NCBI GenBank assembly: GCA_035193785.1
Contig: CP136572.1
Location: 2,804,578-2,868,577 of the forward strand
Length of the DNA stretch: 64,000 nucleotides
Origin: Planktothrix sp. GU0601_MAG3
Lineage (GTDB): Bacteria; Cyanobacteriota; Cyanobacteriia; Cyanobacteriales; Microcoleaceae
Reading direction: 5' to 3'
Shown piece after piece: positions 10,604 to 22,904 of the stretch; the first letter of the stretch is position 1, and each line of letters starts with the position of its first letter. A program made the position numbers and the translations under genes. The notes beneath the pieces are model-generated. The model worked only from the letters and a program-made list of their open reading frames with translations, was not told where the DNA came from and did not search any database.

Positions 10604-11227
10604 TTACAATAAATACAGCAAAATGAACAGAATAATCCAAACTACATCAACGAAGTGCCAATATAATTCGGCAGCTTCTGGGCCGAAATGGGATTCTTTG
10701 CTGTAATGGCTGGTTTTGCGCCCTCGCCAGAGAACCGCTAAAATTAATACGACTCCAAAGGTAACGTGCAACCCGTGAAACCCGGTTAAAACATAGAAGC
10801 AACTGGCGTATAAATTGGTGGTTAATCCAAACTCTAACTGGCTGTATTCATAGGCTTGACCAGCCAAAAAGGTTAACCCCATAATTGCCGTGGCAATAAA
10901 CCAATTTCGCAACCCCGCAGGGTCATTTTTCTTAATAGCAATTGCCCCTTGGTTCATAACAAAACTACTAGAAATCAGAACCACAGTGTTAATTGCTGGC
11001 AGCAGTAATTCCCGTTCCGTCCCTTCAGGGGGCCAAACTGGGGACATAGCCCGATAAATTAAATAGGCAGAGAATAAACCCAAAAAGATCATACTCTCCG
11101 CCACCAGAAAGACCACCACCCCCAACATTCGCAAATCGGGATGTTCTTCATGTTCATGGATTGAGGCAGTGGCCTCCTGTGCGTATCCCAGAACGGTTTG
11201 AGAATCGTTAATTGCTGAACCTTGCAT
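10604..11227 (-). CDS. ctaE: Cytochrome c oxidase subunit III
   Basis: FLVAESMIF, TGFHGLHV, YWHFVDVVW. Confidence 0.95.
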   Translation of the reverse strand: MQGSAINDSQTVLGYAQEATASIHEHEEHPDLRMLGVVVFLVAESMIFLGLFSAYLIYRAMSPVWPPEGTERELLLPAINTVVLISSSFVMNQGAIAIKKNDPAGLRNWFIATAIMGLTFLAGQAYEYSQLEFGLTTNLYASCFYVLTGFHGLHVTFGVVLILAVLWRGRKTSHYSKESHFGPEAAELYWHFVDVVWIILFILLYLL

Positions 11228-11360
11228 GAATTAACTCAGTAAAGTTGACAGATAAATAATTAGGAATTACGAATTAATAATTACGAGTTAGTAAAGACGC
11301 GCTGCTAGATAGTCTGCACAATAATTCCCAATTCGTAATTCGTAATTCGTAATTCGTAAT

Positions 11361-13130
11361 TTATTGATTATTGATATCGTTTTCCGCTTCTAACACCGTA
11401 GTGGAACCGGAGTCTGTAAATAAAGTCGAAGATTTGGCTTGAGACATGGGAAAACCCCGACTTCTTTGGGACGGTCTCCGGTCATTTGTTTTAACCGTTG
11501 ACGAATGGCTAGGGTTTTACGACTGCCGTAGTCATAGGGCCCGGTTTTGAGTACGGGGGTGACTAGGAAATTTTCAATCGGAGGGGGAGAAGATGTCGTC
11601 CATTCTAGGGTTAGGGCTTCCCAGGGATTATCGGGAGCTTTTGGCCCCTTGACCCAACTCCAAGCCGCATTAATCAGGAAGGGGAAGGAAGAAACCGCCA
11701 GAATATAACTACCCAGGGTACAGACCTGATTCAGCGTCGTGAATTGGGGGTCATACATTGCCACCCGACGGGGCATTCCCATTAACCCTAAAGCGTGCAT
11801 GGGCATAAAGGTTAAGTTCGTCCCCACAAAGGTGAGAACAAAGTGAACGATTCCCCAGGGTTCATTCATCATCCGTCCGGTCATTTTCGGGAACCAATGA
11901 TAAATGGCAGCAAACACCCCAAACACCGCCCCACCAAACAGAACATAGTGGAAGTGGGCGACGATGAAATAGGTATCGTGAACATGAATATCAAAGGGAA
12001 CCGATGCCATCATCACTCCGGTGACACCCCCGATGACGAAGGTAGACAGAAACCCCATGGCAAAGAGCATGGCACTGTTCAGACGCAGTTTTCCGCCCCA
12101 AATCGTGGCTAACCAGCCAAAGACCTTAATGCCTGTGGGTACGGCAATGATCATCGTGGTGATCATAAAAAACATCCGTAACCAACCCGGAGTGCCACTG
12201 GTGAACATATGGTGTGCCCAGACAATTAAGCCTAAAAAGCTAATGGCTAAACTGGAATAGGCGATCGCTTGATAACCAAAAATCGGTTTGCGAGCATGAA
12301 CTGGCAGAATATCGGAAATCACCCCAAAAAAGGGCAAAACCATGATGTAGACTGCCGGATGGGAATAAAACCAGAATAAGTGCTGATAAACAACCGGATC
12401 ACCGCCCCCGGTGGGGTTAAAGAAACTGGTTCCGGCAATTAAATCAAAGGATAGGAGAATTAAGGCTGCGGCTAAAACCGGAGTAGACAAAAGCACCAAA
12501 GCGGAGGTAGCGATCATGGCCCAACAAAAGAGGGGCATATCGTTCAATCCCATGGTGGGAATCCGCATTTTGAAGATCGTCACCGAGAAATTTAACGCCC
12601 CCAAAATCGAGGAAGTTCCCAACAATAAAACGCTGAGAATCCAAACTTCCTCTCCCACCTGGCCCGATAATAGACTTAATGGCGGGTAAGATGTCCAACC
12701 CGCTTGGGGGGCTTCCACTAAGAAACTAGCCAACAACAGCAGGCCCCCCGGAGGAATTAACCAAAAGCCCACGGTATTCAGACGGGGAAAGGCCATATCC
12801 TTGGCCCCCACCATTAAGGGAATCAAATAGTTAGCAAATCCCCCACCTGCGGGAACGATCCACAGGAAGATCATCACCGTGCCATGAACCGTAAATAGGC
12901 TGTTATAGACTTCAGGAGTCACAAAATCGGGATCGGGGGTAGCCAGTTTCTGTCCGAACAGCCGTAGCCAAGGCTCCACCGACTAAATAAAAGAAAAATG
13001 CCGTGACGAGATATTGAATCCCGATGACTTTGTGATCCGTACTAAAACCAAAAAAATCCTGCCAACGTCTTTCCTCCTCATGATGAGGTTTGGGAACATT
13101 GATTGGGAGATCAAGTTGTGCTTGTGCCAT
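11361..13130 (-). CDS. ctaD: Cytochrome c oxidase subunit I (frameshifts near 12950 and probably near 11450)
   Basis: STDHKVIGIQY, HGTVMIF, WFYSHPAVY, WAHHMF, HDTYFIVAHFHY. Confidence 0.95.
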
Positions 13131-13164
13131 AGGAATTCAGTAATCAGTAATCAGTAATCAGTTA

Positions 13165-14202
13165 TCAGTTATCAGTGTTAGAAACAAAATCAAGATTTTG
13201 TTGACTCAAACCAACAGTTAACTCTCTCATCACTGATAACTGTTCACTGTTGACTGATAACTGATTTTCGTTGGCATAGGGGGCTAAGAATTCGCCATCG
13301 CTGAGTTCTGCGGGATTAATAGCAATGGCTGTTTGGAGGTTGGGGTTACTCGCCAGCAGATTTTCTGCCACCCAGGCTTGATAATCCTCTGGGGTATCGA
13401 CAATCATTTGCGATCGCATAGCCCCATGATAACTGCCACACAATTCGGCGCAGATAATCGGATAGGTTCCCAGCTTACTGGGGGTAAACCGCAGTTCTGT
13501 GATCCGACCTGGGATCGTATCTTGCTTTAACCGCAATTGTGGAATCCAGAAGGCATGGATCACATCTTGGGCGCTCATATTTAACTGCACTTCTTGACCT
13601 ATGGGAACATGAAGTTCACCCGCGTTAATGCCCGTTTCTTTGTAGTTAAAAAGCCAGGCAAACTGTAACCCGGTAACATCGACATTCACGGCGGCGGCTT
13701 TCCCTTCTTGGCTGGGAGATGCCCCAATTCCCAAGGCAATTTGGGTGAGTTCCGGGGAGTCTTTACCGTCGATTAAGGGGGCCGCGATCGCCGCCCCATT
13801 CATTTTGCCGTGGGCGTGCATGGAATGTTGACCCGAGGCCATCGGATCAAGTCCCCCCATATTGTTATAGATTTCAAAACTATAAATACCAATGCCCAAA
13901 ACGATCACCGCCGGAATCGCTGTCCAGACGATTTCTAAGGGAATATTCCCGTGAATCGGAACCGCGTCGGTGTTGTCATCGGGACTACGACGAAACTTAA
14001 TGGCCGCGACCACCAGCACTCCTTCTACCAGAAGCACTAGGCCGAAGCTAATGGTCATCATAATATCAAATAAACCATCGACTTGTGCCGCTTGTTCGGT
14101 GGCAGCCACGGGTAATAAATTGTGGTTTTGACCATACCAGAGAGATACGAGAGTAATCCCGATCCCCACCAGTAGGGTCAAAATTGAACTCGGAATTTTC
14201 AC
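13165..14202 (-). CDS. ctaC: Cytochrome c oxidase subunit II
   Basis: DVIHAFW; CuA motif CAELCGSYHGAM. Confidence 0.95.
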   Translation of the reverse strand: MKIPSSILTLLVGIGITLVSLWYGQNHNLLPVAATEQAAQVDGLFDIMMTISFGLVLLVEGVLVVAAIKFRRSPDDNTDAVPIHGNIPLEIVWTAIPAVIVLGIGIYSFEIYNNMGGLDPMASGQHSMHAHGKMNGAAIAAPLIDGKDSPELTQIALGIGASPSQEGKAAAVNVDVTGLQFAWLFNYKETGINAGELHVPIGQEVQLNMSAQDVIHAFWIPQLRLKQDTIPGRITELRFTPSKLGTYPIICAELCGSYHGAMRSQMIVDTPEDYQAWVAENLLASNPNLQTAIAINPAELSDGEFLAPYANENQLSVNSEQLSVMRELTVGLSQQNLDFVSNTDN

Positions 14203-14566
14203 GTTGATTCCTCCTTGTTGACCATCCCCAACACCGATATCGGATGGGAAGATACTGCTATAAACATAGACGCTTGTTTAATCTTAATGGCTGGTTGAGA
14301 AACCTGAACATTAGGGTTAATTGTCTATCTAACATCCCGCTTCTACGGTAAAACAGATCACAAAACTCTGGAACGATCTGGGTTCATATTCACAGATTTT
14401 CTTTATAATTGGGCTGTTGGGTCACTCCTCAGCCCCGATCGCACCCCCCAAATCGAAAAACTTATCTTAAGTCTGTTCATCTGCATACCGCATTTTTGAC
14501 TTAGATAGGTAGAATTAACCATCATGTTTCGATCATGGCAATAGTCAAGTTAAATCGGTAGAACCC

Positions 14567-15548
14567 ATGACCCATACTGTCCTTCATGATGCCAGTTTAT
14601 CCACCCCCCAGACCCAACAGAAGGGATCTAAGGCCCAGAATAGAATCCGCCGTCTGGTCTGGAAACTGAGCATTGCTACCTTACTATTGATGGCCGTTGG
14701 GAGTGCGACCCGAGTGATGAATGCTGGATTAGCCTGTCCCGATTGGCCCCTGTGTTACGGGCAGTTAGTTCCCACCGCCCAAATGAATCTGCAAGTCTTC
14801 TTGGAATGGTTTCACCGTTTGGATGCGGCTGGGATCGGACTGGGTGCGATCGCCCTGGTGGGATTATCCTGGTGGGATCGACGGGAGTTACCCAAATGGT
14901 TACCTTGGGCTGCTCTATTTGCCCTGGCTTTAATTTTGTTTCAAGGGGTTTTAGGGGGGCTGACGGTGACCCAACTCCTGCGGTTTGATATTGTAACTGC
15001 CCATTTAGGAACCGCCTTGCTATTTTTCTCCACTCTGCTGATTATCGGTTGTTTGCTCCTACCCTATCAAGGCACGGGAAACCGTGGGCAAGCTACCCTG
15101 GATCGGTCTGACCGCAGCAATTTTAGTCTATTTACAAAGCATTTTAGGGGCCTTGGTGGGTTCTCAATGGGCTTTACATCAATGTTTGGGAACTTCCCAA
15201 CTCTGTACGGTGATGAATAGTCATCTTTTCGGAGTGGTTCCCCCCACCCTGGCTACCCTCACCCTAATTGTCGGGGTTTGGCGAACTTCTGCCCTACATC
15301 CTCAACTCGGAACTTTGGGGAATATCGCCGGAGTTTGTTTAGTTGCTCAAATTGTTTTGGGGGTAGCCACCTATAAAATGCGGTTGCAGGTGGAACCCCT
15401 GACTGTTGCTCATCAAGCGATGGGTGCTACACTTCTGGGAACTTTAGTTTGTTTTAGTATTCTCGCCCTCCGGGATCGTCAGTCATCAGTTATCAGTTAT
15501 CAGTCATCAGTCATCAGTCATCGGTCATCAGTCATCAGTCATCAGTGA
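14567..15548 (+). CDS. ctaA: Heme A synthase (frameshift near 15080)
   Basis: GLACPDWPLC, FLEWFHR, VTAHL, TVAHQ. Confidence 0.92.
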
Positions 15549-15632
15549 TCAGTTATTAGTCATCAGTCATCAGTGATCAGTTATTAGTGATGAGTTAATA
15601 GTGATGAGTTAATAGTTAATAGTTAATAATTA
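15478..15632 (+). repeat. Heptamer tandem tract (TCAGTCA/TCAGTTA family) overlapping the ctaA 3' end
   Basis: More than 15 degenerate heptamer copies. Confidence 0.85.
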
Positions 15633-15713
15633 ATGACTATTATGTTTGCTTATAACTAATTACCAATCACTGATAACTGTCAGGAAATCAACAAATTCTA
15701 TAGGTCATAATTC

Positions 15714-16679
15714 ATGCAAGAAGTGATTCAAACCCAGGTCTCCCGACACCACGAGAATATTTTGCAAGTGCTTCAAAGTTATTATCAACTGACCAAGCCT
15801 AGAATTATTCTGTTGTTATTAATTACTACCTCCGCCGGAATGTGGTTAGCCTCAAAAGGAGAAGTTGATCCCCTGTTATTATTAGTAACCTTAACCGGGG
15901 GGGCTTTAGCGTCGGGTTCTGCCAATACGATCAACTGTTTGTATGACCGAGATATTGATTACATTATGGAACGGACTCGTTGGCGGCCGATTCCTTCAGG
16001 TAGAGTAAAACCCATTGATGCCCTAATTTTTGCCATCGCTCTTGCTATTACTTCTTTTACTTTACTGACGGTTTTTGCTAATCTATTAACCGCCTGTCTC
16101 GCCCTATCGGGAATTGTTTTTTATGTCCTGATCTATACCCATTGGTTAAAACGTCATAGTGTGCAAAATATCGTGATTGGTGGGGCTGCTGGAGCAATTC
16201 CACCTTTAGTTGGATGGGCGGCAGTTACGGGGGATTTAAGTTGGGCAGCGTGGCTATTATTTGCGATCATTTTCCTCTGGACACCCCCTCATTTTTGGGC
16301 TTTAGCCATGATGATCCGAGATGAATATCAGGAAGTTGGGGTTCCGATGTTACCTGTAATTGAAGGGGATGAAGTTACAGCTAAACAAATCTGGATTTAT
16401 AGCTTAATTATGGTTCCCTCAACCTTATTGTTAGTTTATCCTTTGCATACCAGTGGTTTTGTTTATGCAGCGATCGCTTTAATCTTAGGGGGGATTTTTC
16501 TACAAAAAGCTTGGGAATTATTACAATCTCCCTCAGAACGAGATGTAGCGCGATCGCTGTTTAAATATTCCATTTTTTATTTGATGCTATTGTGTTTGGC
16601 AATGGTTGTCGATAGTTTACCCGTTACAAATGACATGGTGATGGCATTGAGTGAATCTTTGCCCTTGGGATTGCTATAA
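15714..16679 (+). CDS. ctaB: Protoheme IX farnesyltransferase (heme O synthase)
   Basis: [31 protein letters not shown]. Confidence 0.95.
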   Translation: MQEVIQTQVSRHHENILQVLQSYYQLTKPRIILLLLITTSAGMWLASKGEVDPLLLLVTLTGGALASGSANTINCLYDRDIDYIMERTRWRPIPSGRVKPIDALIFAIALAITSFTLLTVFANLLTACLALSGIVFYVLIYTHWLKRHSVQNIVIGGAAGAIPPLVGWAAVTGDLSWAAWLLFAIIFLWTPPHFWALAMMIRDEYQEVGVPMLPVIEGDEVTAKQIWIYSLIMVPSTLLLVYPLHTSGFVYAAIALILGGIFLQKAWELLQSPSERDVARSLFKYSIFYLMLLCLAMVVDSLPVTNDMVMALSESLPLGLL

Positions 16680-16758
16680 ACCGAACATTTTTAGATTGGT
16701 TAACATCAGAAAGACAACTATGGCCAGTCTAAATCGGTTGTACAAATAGCCAAAAATC

Positions 16759-16784
16759 TAGGGGCGAGGTGCGCCTTGCCCCTA
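16759..16784. repeat. REP-like palindrome TAGGGGCGAGG..CCTTGCCCCTA
   Basis: Near-perfect inverted repeat downstream of ctaB. Confidence 0.6.
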
Positions 16785-16825
16785 AACACCGAAGGTCGGT
16801 ATTTTTTAGGGTTAATAATCTTGAG

Positions 16826-16871
16826 AAGATTGCGCTGAAGCGCAACAACGGCGCAACAACGGCGCAACAAC
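16826..16871 (-). repeat. REP-like hairpin TTGCGCTGAAGCGCAA with tandem GCGCAACAACG extensions
   Basis: 16826-16851 is the exact reverse complement of 36304-36329. Confidence 0.75.
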
Positions 16872-16927
16872 AAAACTATATACTTTTTTTGAATATGTTA
16901 TAATACCGTTAACAAAATCTAATATTA

Positions 16928-17018
16928 ATCGTTCATCTCCCCCGAATTCTAACAAAGAGGGTGGCATTTATGTGTTTGGGGAAGACGGAAGTAGGGAATT
17001 TTCCCGAAGGAAACGCCC
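16928..17018 (+). ncRNA. Glutamine riboswitch (glnA RNA motif, type I)
   Basis: ATCGTTCATCT..AGACGGAAGTAGGGAA-TT-TTCCCGAAGGA(A)ACGC. P1 CGTTC/GA(A)ACG, long P2, GGAAGTA/GAAG E-loop and P3 GGGAA/TTCCC all match the motif. Confidence 0.85.
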
Positions 17019-17053
17019 AACACTGTTTCACCTGAAATTAAGGGTTTGTGGTG

Positions 17054-17260
17054 ATGTTAGTACCTTCTTTATTGTCTTTCGCAATTTCCGTTTTTGCCGC
17101 CTTGCTCAGTCTGATTACCAACGAAGAAATCGTTCGGGTCATGGCCAGGGGAGTTGCTGCTATCAGTTTAGTGGTTAGTTTAGCTTTAGCACCTTGGTTA
17201 ATATTGCTAATTTTATCAGTCCCCGTTATCGGTGCTAAATCGGTCAAAAATGCTGGATAA
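17054..17260 (+). CDS. Small hydrophobic membrane protein (~68 aa), function unknown
   Basis: 2-3 hydrophobic segments, SLALAPW motif; directly downstream of the riboswitch. Confidence 0.7.
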   Translation: MLVPSLLSFAISVFAALLSLITNEEIVRVMARGVAAISLVVSLALAPWLILLILSVPVIGAKSVKNAG

Positions 17261-17328
17261 ACACCAAAACAAACTGTTTTGCTTCAATGGTGCAAAAGTC
17301 CGCAACCAACTCAATACTAATCCATTGT

Positions 17329-17372
17329 ACCCCGCATCAACACCCAATGGCCGACGCGGGGTTTTTGTTTTT
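17329..17372 (+). terminator. Rho-independent terminator
   Basis: ACCCCGC..GCGGGGT stem followed by TTTTGTTTTT. Confidence 0.6.
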
Positions 17373-17488
17373 CTGTTCCCCATTCCCGATCATGGATTTA
17401 AGCGAATTACACCAACTAACACAGATTAAAATCCGCGAAATCCGCGAAATCCTCTTAAATCCGTGATCCCTCTTAAATCCGTGATCCC

Positions 17489-18695
17489 TTACGAATTAGG
17501 AAGATTATATTGTTCGACAATTTGCTTGGCAAAATCAGGAACATGAGAATCTAATTTCTCAGGATAATTCCGTTTAACGTACAGATAATTCCGTGTAAAG
17601 TGAGAATCTATGGAAAAACGGGCATATTCTAACCCCCTGGGGCCAATTTTATCAATCACCACGCCCATTAATTTTGCTGCCCACATCGGCAAGGTGACGG
17701 CTTTATCATAGGCGGGAATACTTTGCTGCACGGCGGGTTTCCGGTTCCCTTGAGCTATTACAGGTTGGGTGTCAATTAAATCTCCCACTAAGTCTAACAT
17801 TTCCTGTCCGGTTTGATTTCTGACTACAATCCATTGCCAGCCAAAAGTTGCTCCCATATATCCAACAACTAAATCCGCCAAGGAGTTAACATAGTCAAAA
17901 CAACTCAAACAAGATGGGGCAAAAATATCCTTTAATTCTTTAGTATTTAACCCAAAAAATGGGACGGTTTCAGTAGAGCCATCCTCATGTTTGAAGTGAA
18001 CTCGAAAATCCTGCATAAATTCATAATAAACCACGGTATCGGGGGATTTGCTGGTGGTTTCCAGGAACTTTTGCAGCCCAGCACGGGTAACATTATCTAC
18101 ACAGGGCGTACCCAAAACATAGAGTTTTTCTAATCCTAATTCCTTCTCAACGGCTCTTAATGCTTGGATTTGACAGCCTACCCCAATTACTAACAACCGC
18201 TTCATTTTCGACTGTTCGATTTGTTCTAAAACCGATAAATTGGGGGATAGGGTAGGTTTATTAACTTTGGCGGCTAAAACTTCTTCTGGGGTTTCTAGCA
18301 ATAACTGGTTGAGGTTGAAAACGGTCTTCTTTGCTATTCTGAACACAAACCACACCTTCCACTAACCCTCGGTTGAGCATTTCAATGGCAATGGTACTAA
18401 CAATTCCCGTCCATTGAGCACCCTCAATAGGTTCTTTTTTTCGAGCTTGCATCATATCTTGATGCACCCCAAAATAGACATCATCCCAATTATCTAAATT
18501 CCGTCGGCGTCCGTGGGCTTCTGTTTCTAATTCCGCAATTTGTTGATTGAGAAACGCACAGGCTTCTTTAACATAATGAATATAATAGGTGTCGCACAGA
18601 CCGCACTCGCTACAGAGTTCTTTCGCCGGGCGACGACTCCCGGGTTTCATACCTTTAGCTTTGAGATGTTTAGCGGGATCTTGTAGTGAAGTCAT
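17489..18695 (-). CDS. bciB: Ferredoxin-dependent 8-vinyl (divinyl chlorophyllide) reductase, FrhB-like (frameshift near 18295)
   Basis: CSECGLCDT, GAQWTGIV, GVGCQ, GTPCVDN, SCLSCFDY. Confidence 0.88.
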
Positions 18696-18910
18696 TGAAA
18701 GTTGGGTTTTGTGATATCTAAATTACAAACATGGTGGCATTTTACCACAATGACTTAGAACAAGGGAAAATAATGATATTCTCCACGGGAATCCAGCAAA
18801 TAAAATGTTCTTGGGCGGTGAATAAATTGATCTCACGGGCTTAAAGTTTGAGCAGGAAAAGATCACGTTCATTGGTTTTGAAGGTGATCTTTTCTTATTT
18901 AAAAACTAAA

Positions 18911-21030
18911 TTAACCGACTTTTACGACTCCGTAACGACTGGTTAATTTATCCAATTGATTGACTAATAAACTTAGGAATAGTCCCACGTCGGTGACAAC
19001 GCCAATGGACTCCACGGAACCGCGATCGCTGAGTTTGGTGACAACGGCCGGGTTAATATCCACACAGACCATTTTAACTCCCGAGGGGGTCATATTCCCC
19101 ACCCCAATCGAATGCAGCATCGAGGACAGCATCAGAATCATATCCGCGCCCTGCAAGAGTTCGGCATAATGTTCTTGGGCTTTAATTAAGTCCATTTGGG
19201 TATCTGGTAGGGGGCCATCATCTCGAATCGAACCCGCTAAGGAGAAGGGAATGTTATTTTTCACACATTCGTACATTACCCCACTTTTAACCAAGCCATT
19301 TTCAACGGCGGCGGCAATACTTCCATAACGGCGAACGGTGTTAATCACGTTTAAATGATGTCGATGTCCTCCCTTAACAGCGACACCCTGTTTCATGTCC
19401 ACACCCAGGGAGGTTCCCATGATGGATTGTTCCATGTCGTGAACGGCGATCGCATTTCCCCCTAATAACGCCTGCACATAGCCTTCACGGATCAGATGGG
19501 ATAAATGTTGTGCCCCTCCGGTATGGATCACCACTGGGCCAGCCGTCACTACGACTTTGCCGCCCCGATCGCGAATTTGGCGCAGTTCCCAGGCGACTTG
19601 TTCCACAATTAACTCAACCCGGCGTTCACTGGAGACTCCGGCCGACATAAAGCTGAATTCCTGGGGTGCATTCCGAGCTTCCCGGGATTCGGTTTTGCGG
19701 ATAGTCCGAAGACCCACCACGTCCACAACTACCTGTTCTCCGACTTTTAAGTCCCGCAGAATTTTACATTGGGCCACTATACCGTTGGGGGTTTGGGAAA
19801 TGGCGATCGCGCCGTCCATGCGTTGATTTTGAACGGTGATCCATTGTCCATTCATCCTGACTTCCGTGGGGTAAATGGTGGAGACGTAGAAATTATCGGG
19901 GCTAACGCCATCCTGTTCGACGGGTTGTAAGCGGGCGTCCCGTTGGTCTTCTTCCAGGGACACCACGCCAATATCAATTAATTGGCTAATAATTTCTTCC
20001 ATCACCTCATGGGATGGGGCAGAAATTTTAATCTCTGCCTTCGAGGTGCTTTGGCGTTGTTCCCCTAAATTGAAGTTGAGGACTTTGAAACTACCCCCAC
20101 CTTCGACGACTAAATCTAGGGCGCGGTTAATTAACCCGGCATCTAATAGATGTCCTTCCATCAGGACGGTGTGGCTTTCGACTTTAACCACCGCATGACG
20201 ATCCACAATTACAGGTTTCAGTCACCCGCAGGGTTAAACATTTAGCGGCTCCACCTGCTTTTAAGAACTCAGCTAAGGGAGTTTCTAGGACGGTAAAACC
20301 GGATTCTTCGAGTCTGGCTTTGAGGTTTTCGCTGACTTTGTTCATAATCACCCTCTGATCCACATTGACGGTGTTACAAGCAAAGTTGATGGCGTCGGGT
20401 TTCTTCAACAATAATCCGTTTTTCGGGGGGAATTCGCAGTTCTATTAAGCGGTTTGAATAGGAATCAAAGGCGGGGGGATAATACATTAAATACCCGCCA
20501 TTTAGGGGACAAAAACAGGTGTCCAAATGATAAAAACGTTCATCCATTAACCGCAGGGATAGGACTTCAATATCCAGCCATTCGGCAATTAGGGGGTGAG
20601 AGTCGAGTTCTGATCGAAACCCATATCCTGCCCATAAATAGCGTCCTTCTCGGTCAAATAATGCGTCTCCTGCTCCTTCAAAGGGGAGGTCTTTAGGTAG
20701 TTCGTGAACGGTAAATCCTTGACTTTCAAACCAGGTTTTGAAATAGGGTTCTTCCCCTTGACGTTCTTTATGATAAAAACGACTAAGAACGACGGTTTTA
20801 TCGAGAACTAACCCGGCGTTGGCGGTGAATACCATATCCGGCCAACCTTTGGCGGGGGTTACTAAGTCCACAATGGCGTGTTCTTTGATCAGATGGTACA
20901 AACTTTGCCATTGTTCTCTAGCTTTGTCAAAGGAGGATTTGTGGATATTGCCCTCCATCCAGGGGTTAATTACATAGTCCACATCGTAGTGGTCTGGAGG
21001 GCACATCAGAAAGCGGATTGATTCTGTCAT
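18911..21030 (-). CDS. argZ: Arginine dihydrolase/ornithine cyclodeaminase ArgZ (AgrE); two frameshifts
   Basis: Amidinotransferase domain (YVINPWM, FEGAGD, FYHLDTCF, GGAAKCL) fused to a LOR/SDH C-terminal region (GGNAIAVHD, GSIRDDGPLPD). Confidence 0.9.
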
Positions 21031-21391
21031 TTTAGGTACAATAAATAGGGTAGACGCTACGGTTTCCTACTGATAGAAGATTTGAGTCACTACAAAATCC
21101 CAATTCTCCGGTTGAGAAGGGGGGGATTAGTTCTATAAAAAGCCGACCTTTAATTATATCACCCGAATGTGGACAAGCCTTTCGATTCAATGTGAGGAAA
21201 ACCTGACATTGATGAATGAATCCCATTGATTTCTTCTTAATGGGTTGGAAAAAAGCGATTCTATTTTTCTGAGTCTGTAGTAAGATAAATTTTTATACCG
21301 CTACCTACAAGTTTTTTGATCCAAGCACAACTCAACCCTCAGAGGTTGGGGACAGTCTCGCATACCCAAACAATTTTAAGAGGATTAAACG

Positions 21392-22523
21392 ATGTCTTCA
21401 GATAATTTGGCAATTTTTCAAATGACAACTTGTTCTATGAATAATGAGGAGAAAACAGGTAAGGTTTTAGCGATCACAACCTATGGAGATGGACGAAAAA
21501 CGGTCTGTTTTCAAGTTGACAGTATTGGTCAAGGTCAATGGATTCCTGTGACTGCGTTATTAGATTTTGCGAAGGAAACCAGTTTCTCTGACAGAAATAG
21601 AACCAGTTTCCTTGACAAAAACAGAAATTGAAGCAGAAGTTGAGGAAGATATTAATGCGCTAGAAGATTTTGTTAACAACCTTGAGAAAAGTATTACGAA
21701 TAACATCAAAGACCCCATCATTACAGTTACTGTATTAGTTGTTACTGATACTCAAAAAACTATTCATAGCTGTTTAGCTTTACCGGTAGTTGCCGTAGGT
21801 GAAGTCGTAAAATTTGTTAATAATTCACTAGCCTTAGTAACAACCGTTGTCAAAAATATCATAGAGACAATAGTTAATCATTGGAATATACACTGGAAAC
21901 AACGCCTAGTTGAATTGTTGACAACAGGAAAAGTAAAATCCAATCTCAACCAAACCCAGAAAATTGTCCAAACAATTAAAGATAGTTATCCTGATTATTC
22001 TCGTAGTCAGATAGCTCAACAATTAATTAATGAGAAGGTGATTTGGTCTACAGCAATAGGATTAGTAGGGGCAATACCTCACGCCAAGAACGTTCTGAAA
22101 TTAGTGAAGGTTGATTTAAACCATACAACTCCATTGATCATTAAAATGATTTATGAAATAGCTTATGTTTATGAACAACATGAAGAACTAAATCCTGATG
22201 ATATTTTTGCGATTTTAAGCCTAGCATTAGGCGTATCTCATTTAACGATGTTAAAGTTAGATGTTTTACTAGGGAACTCGCCTGAATTCCTTGTCCATCC
22301 AATTGCTAATGCAATGTTGTTTTTAGTAGTTGGATATGCAACTTTGCTATATTATGAAGCTAAATCTAAACATCAAGAACCCTTGGCTTCTGAAAAAATC
22401 TATAAAGAGCTAACAACTGAAGTTGGCTATTACTTGAAAGAGGCTAGTTCTGAAACCTTAGAAATAGAGAAATCTATTGAAAAAGGAATTCATTTAAAAG
22501 CAAAATTACCAGCAGCAACTTAG
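21392..22523 (+). CDS. Hypothetical protein with EcsC-like C-terminal region (frameshift near 21575)
   Basis: SQIAQQLINEK, GLVGAIP and MIYEIAYVY resemble cyanobacterial EcsC-like proteins. Confidence 0.5.
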
Positions 22524-22531
22524 AAATAATT

Positions 22532-22566
22532 GAGGTTGATTTTCTAATTTCCATAAAATCAACCTC
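22532..22566. terminator. Hairpin/terminator
   Basis: GAGGTTGATTTT..AAAATCAACCTC right after the stop at 22523. Confidence 0.6.
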
Positions 22567-22721
22567 TGATCAATCCTATCGGTACGAAGACTTTGAAAAG
22601 TTTATCCAGGTAACAAATTCTATAGAATCTCTGAGTCAACTAAATAATCTGATTAATATAGCTTTGCAAAATTGGTTAGAAAGGTTATAGGAGAAACTGG
22701 TTATTTCCTATAACCTTTGCT

Positions 22722-22834
22722 GCCCGGAAATAAATTTCGGGCTAAAAGCCAAAACCATCTAAAGATGGTTAAAAATTCAAACAACAACCCGTTTTAACGG
22801 GTTTAAGCTCTGAGCCGGAAATTTATTTCACGGC
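22722..22834. repeat. Inverted pair of double-hairpin repeats (REPIN-like) next to a Y1 transposase
   Basis: Left half GCCCGGAAATAAATTTCGGGCT-N8-AAACCATCTAAAGATGGTT; right half reverse-complemented GCCGTGAAATAAATTTCCGGCT-N8-AAACCCGTTAAAACGGGTT. Confidence 0.8.
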
Positions 22835-22904
22835 CATATTTGGATGGGAAAGGTTGAGTGAACCCAACCCTACAGCAAAAACTATCTAATCCTGATCTTG
22901 ATAA

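Noticed and set aside
11843..12698. Short ORFs overlapping ctaD, and similar ones within argZ, gltD, pgk, ndhD, mscS and the kinases
   Set aside because: Antisense or alternate-frame shadows of conserved genes with no recognisable motifs.
16896..16914. TGTTA-N9-TAACA palindrome upstream of the riboswitch as an NtcA site
   Set aside because: Spacing and half-sites do not fit GTA-N8-TAC.
16972..17178. 68-aa ORF starting inside the riboswitch
   Set aside because: It overlaps the aptamer and the more plausible membrane-protein frame.
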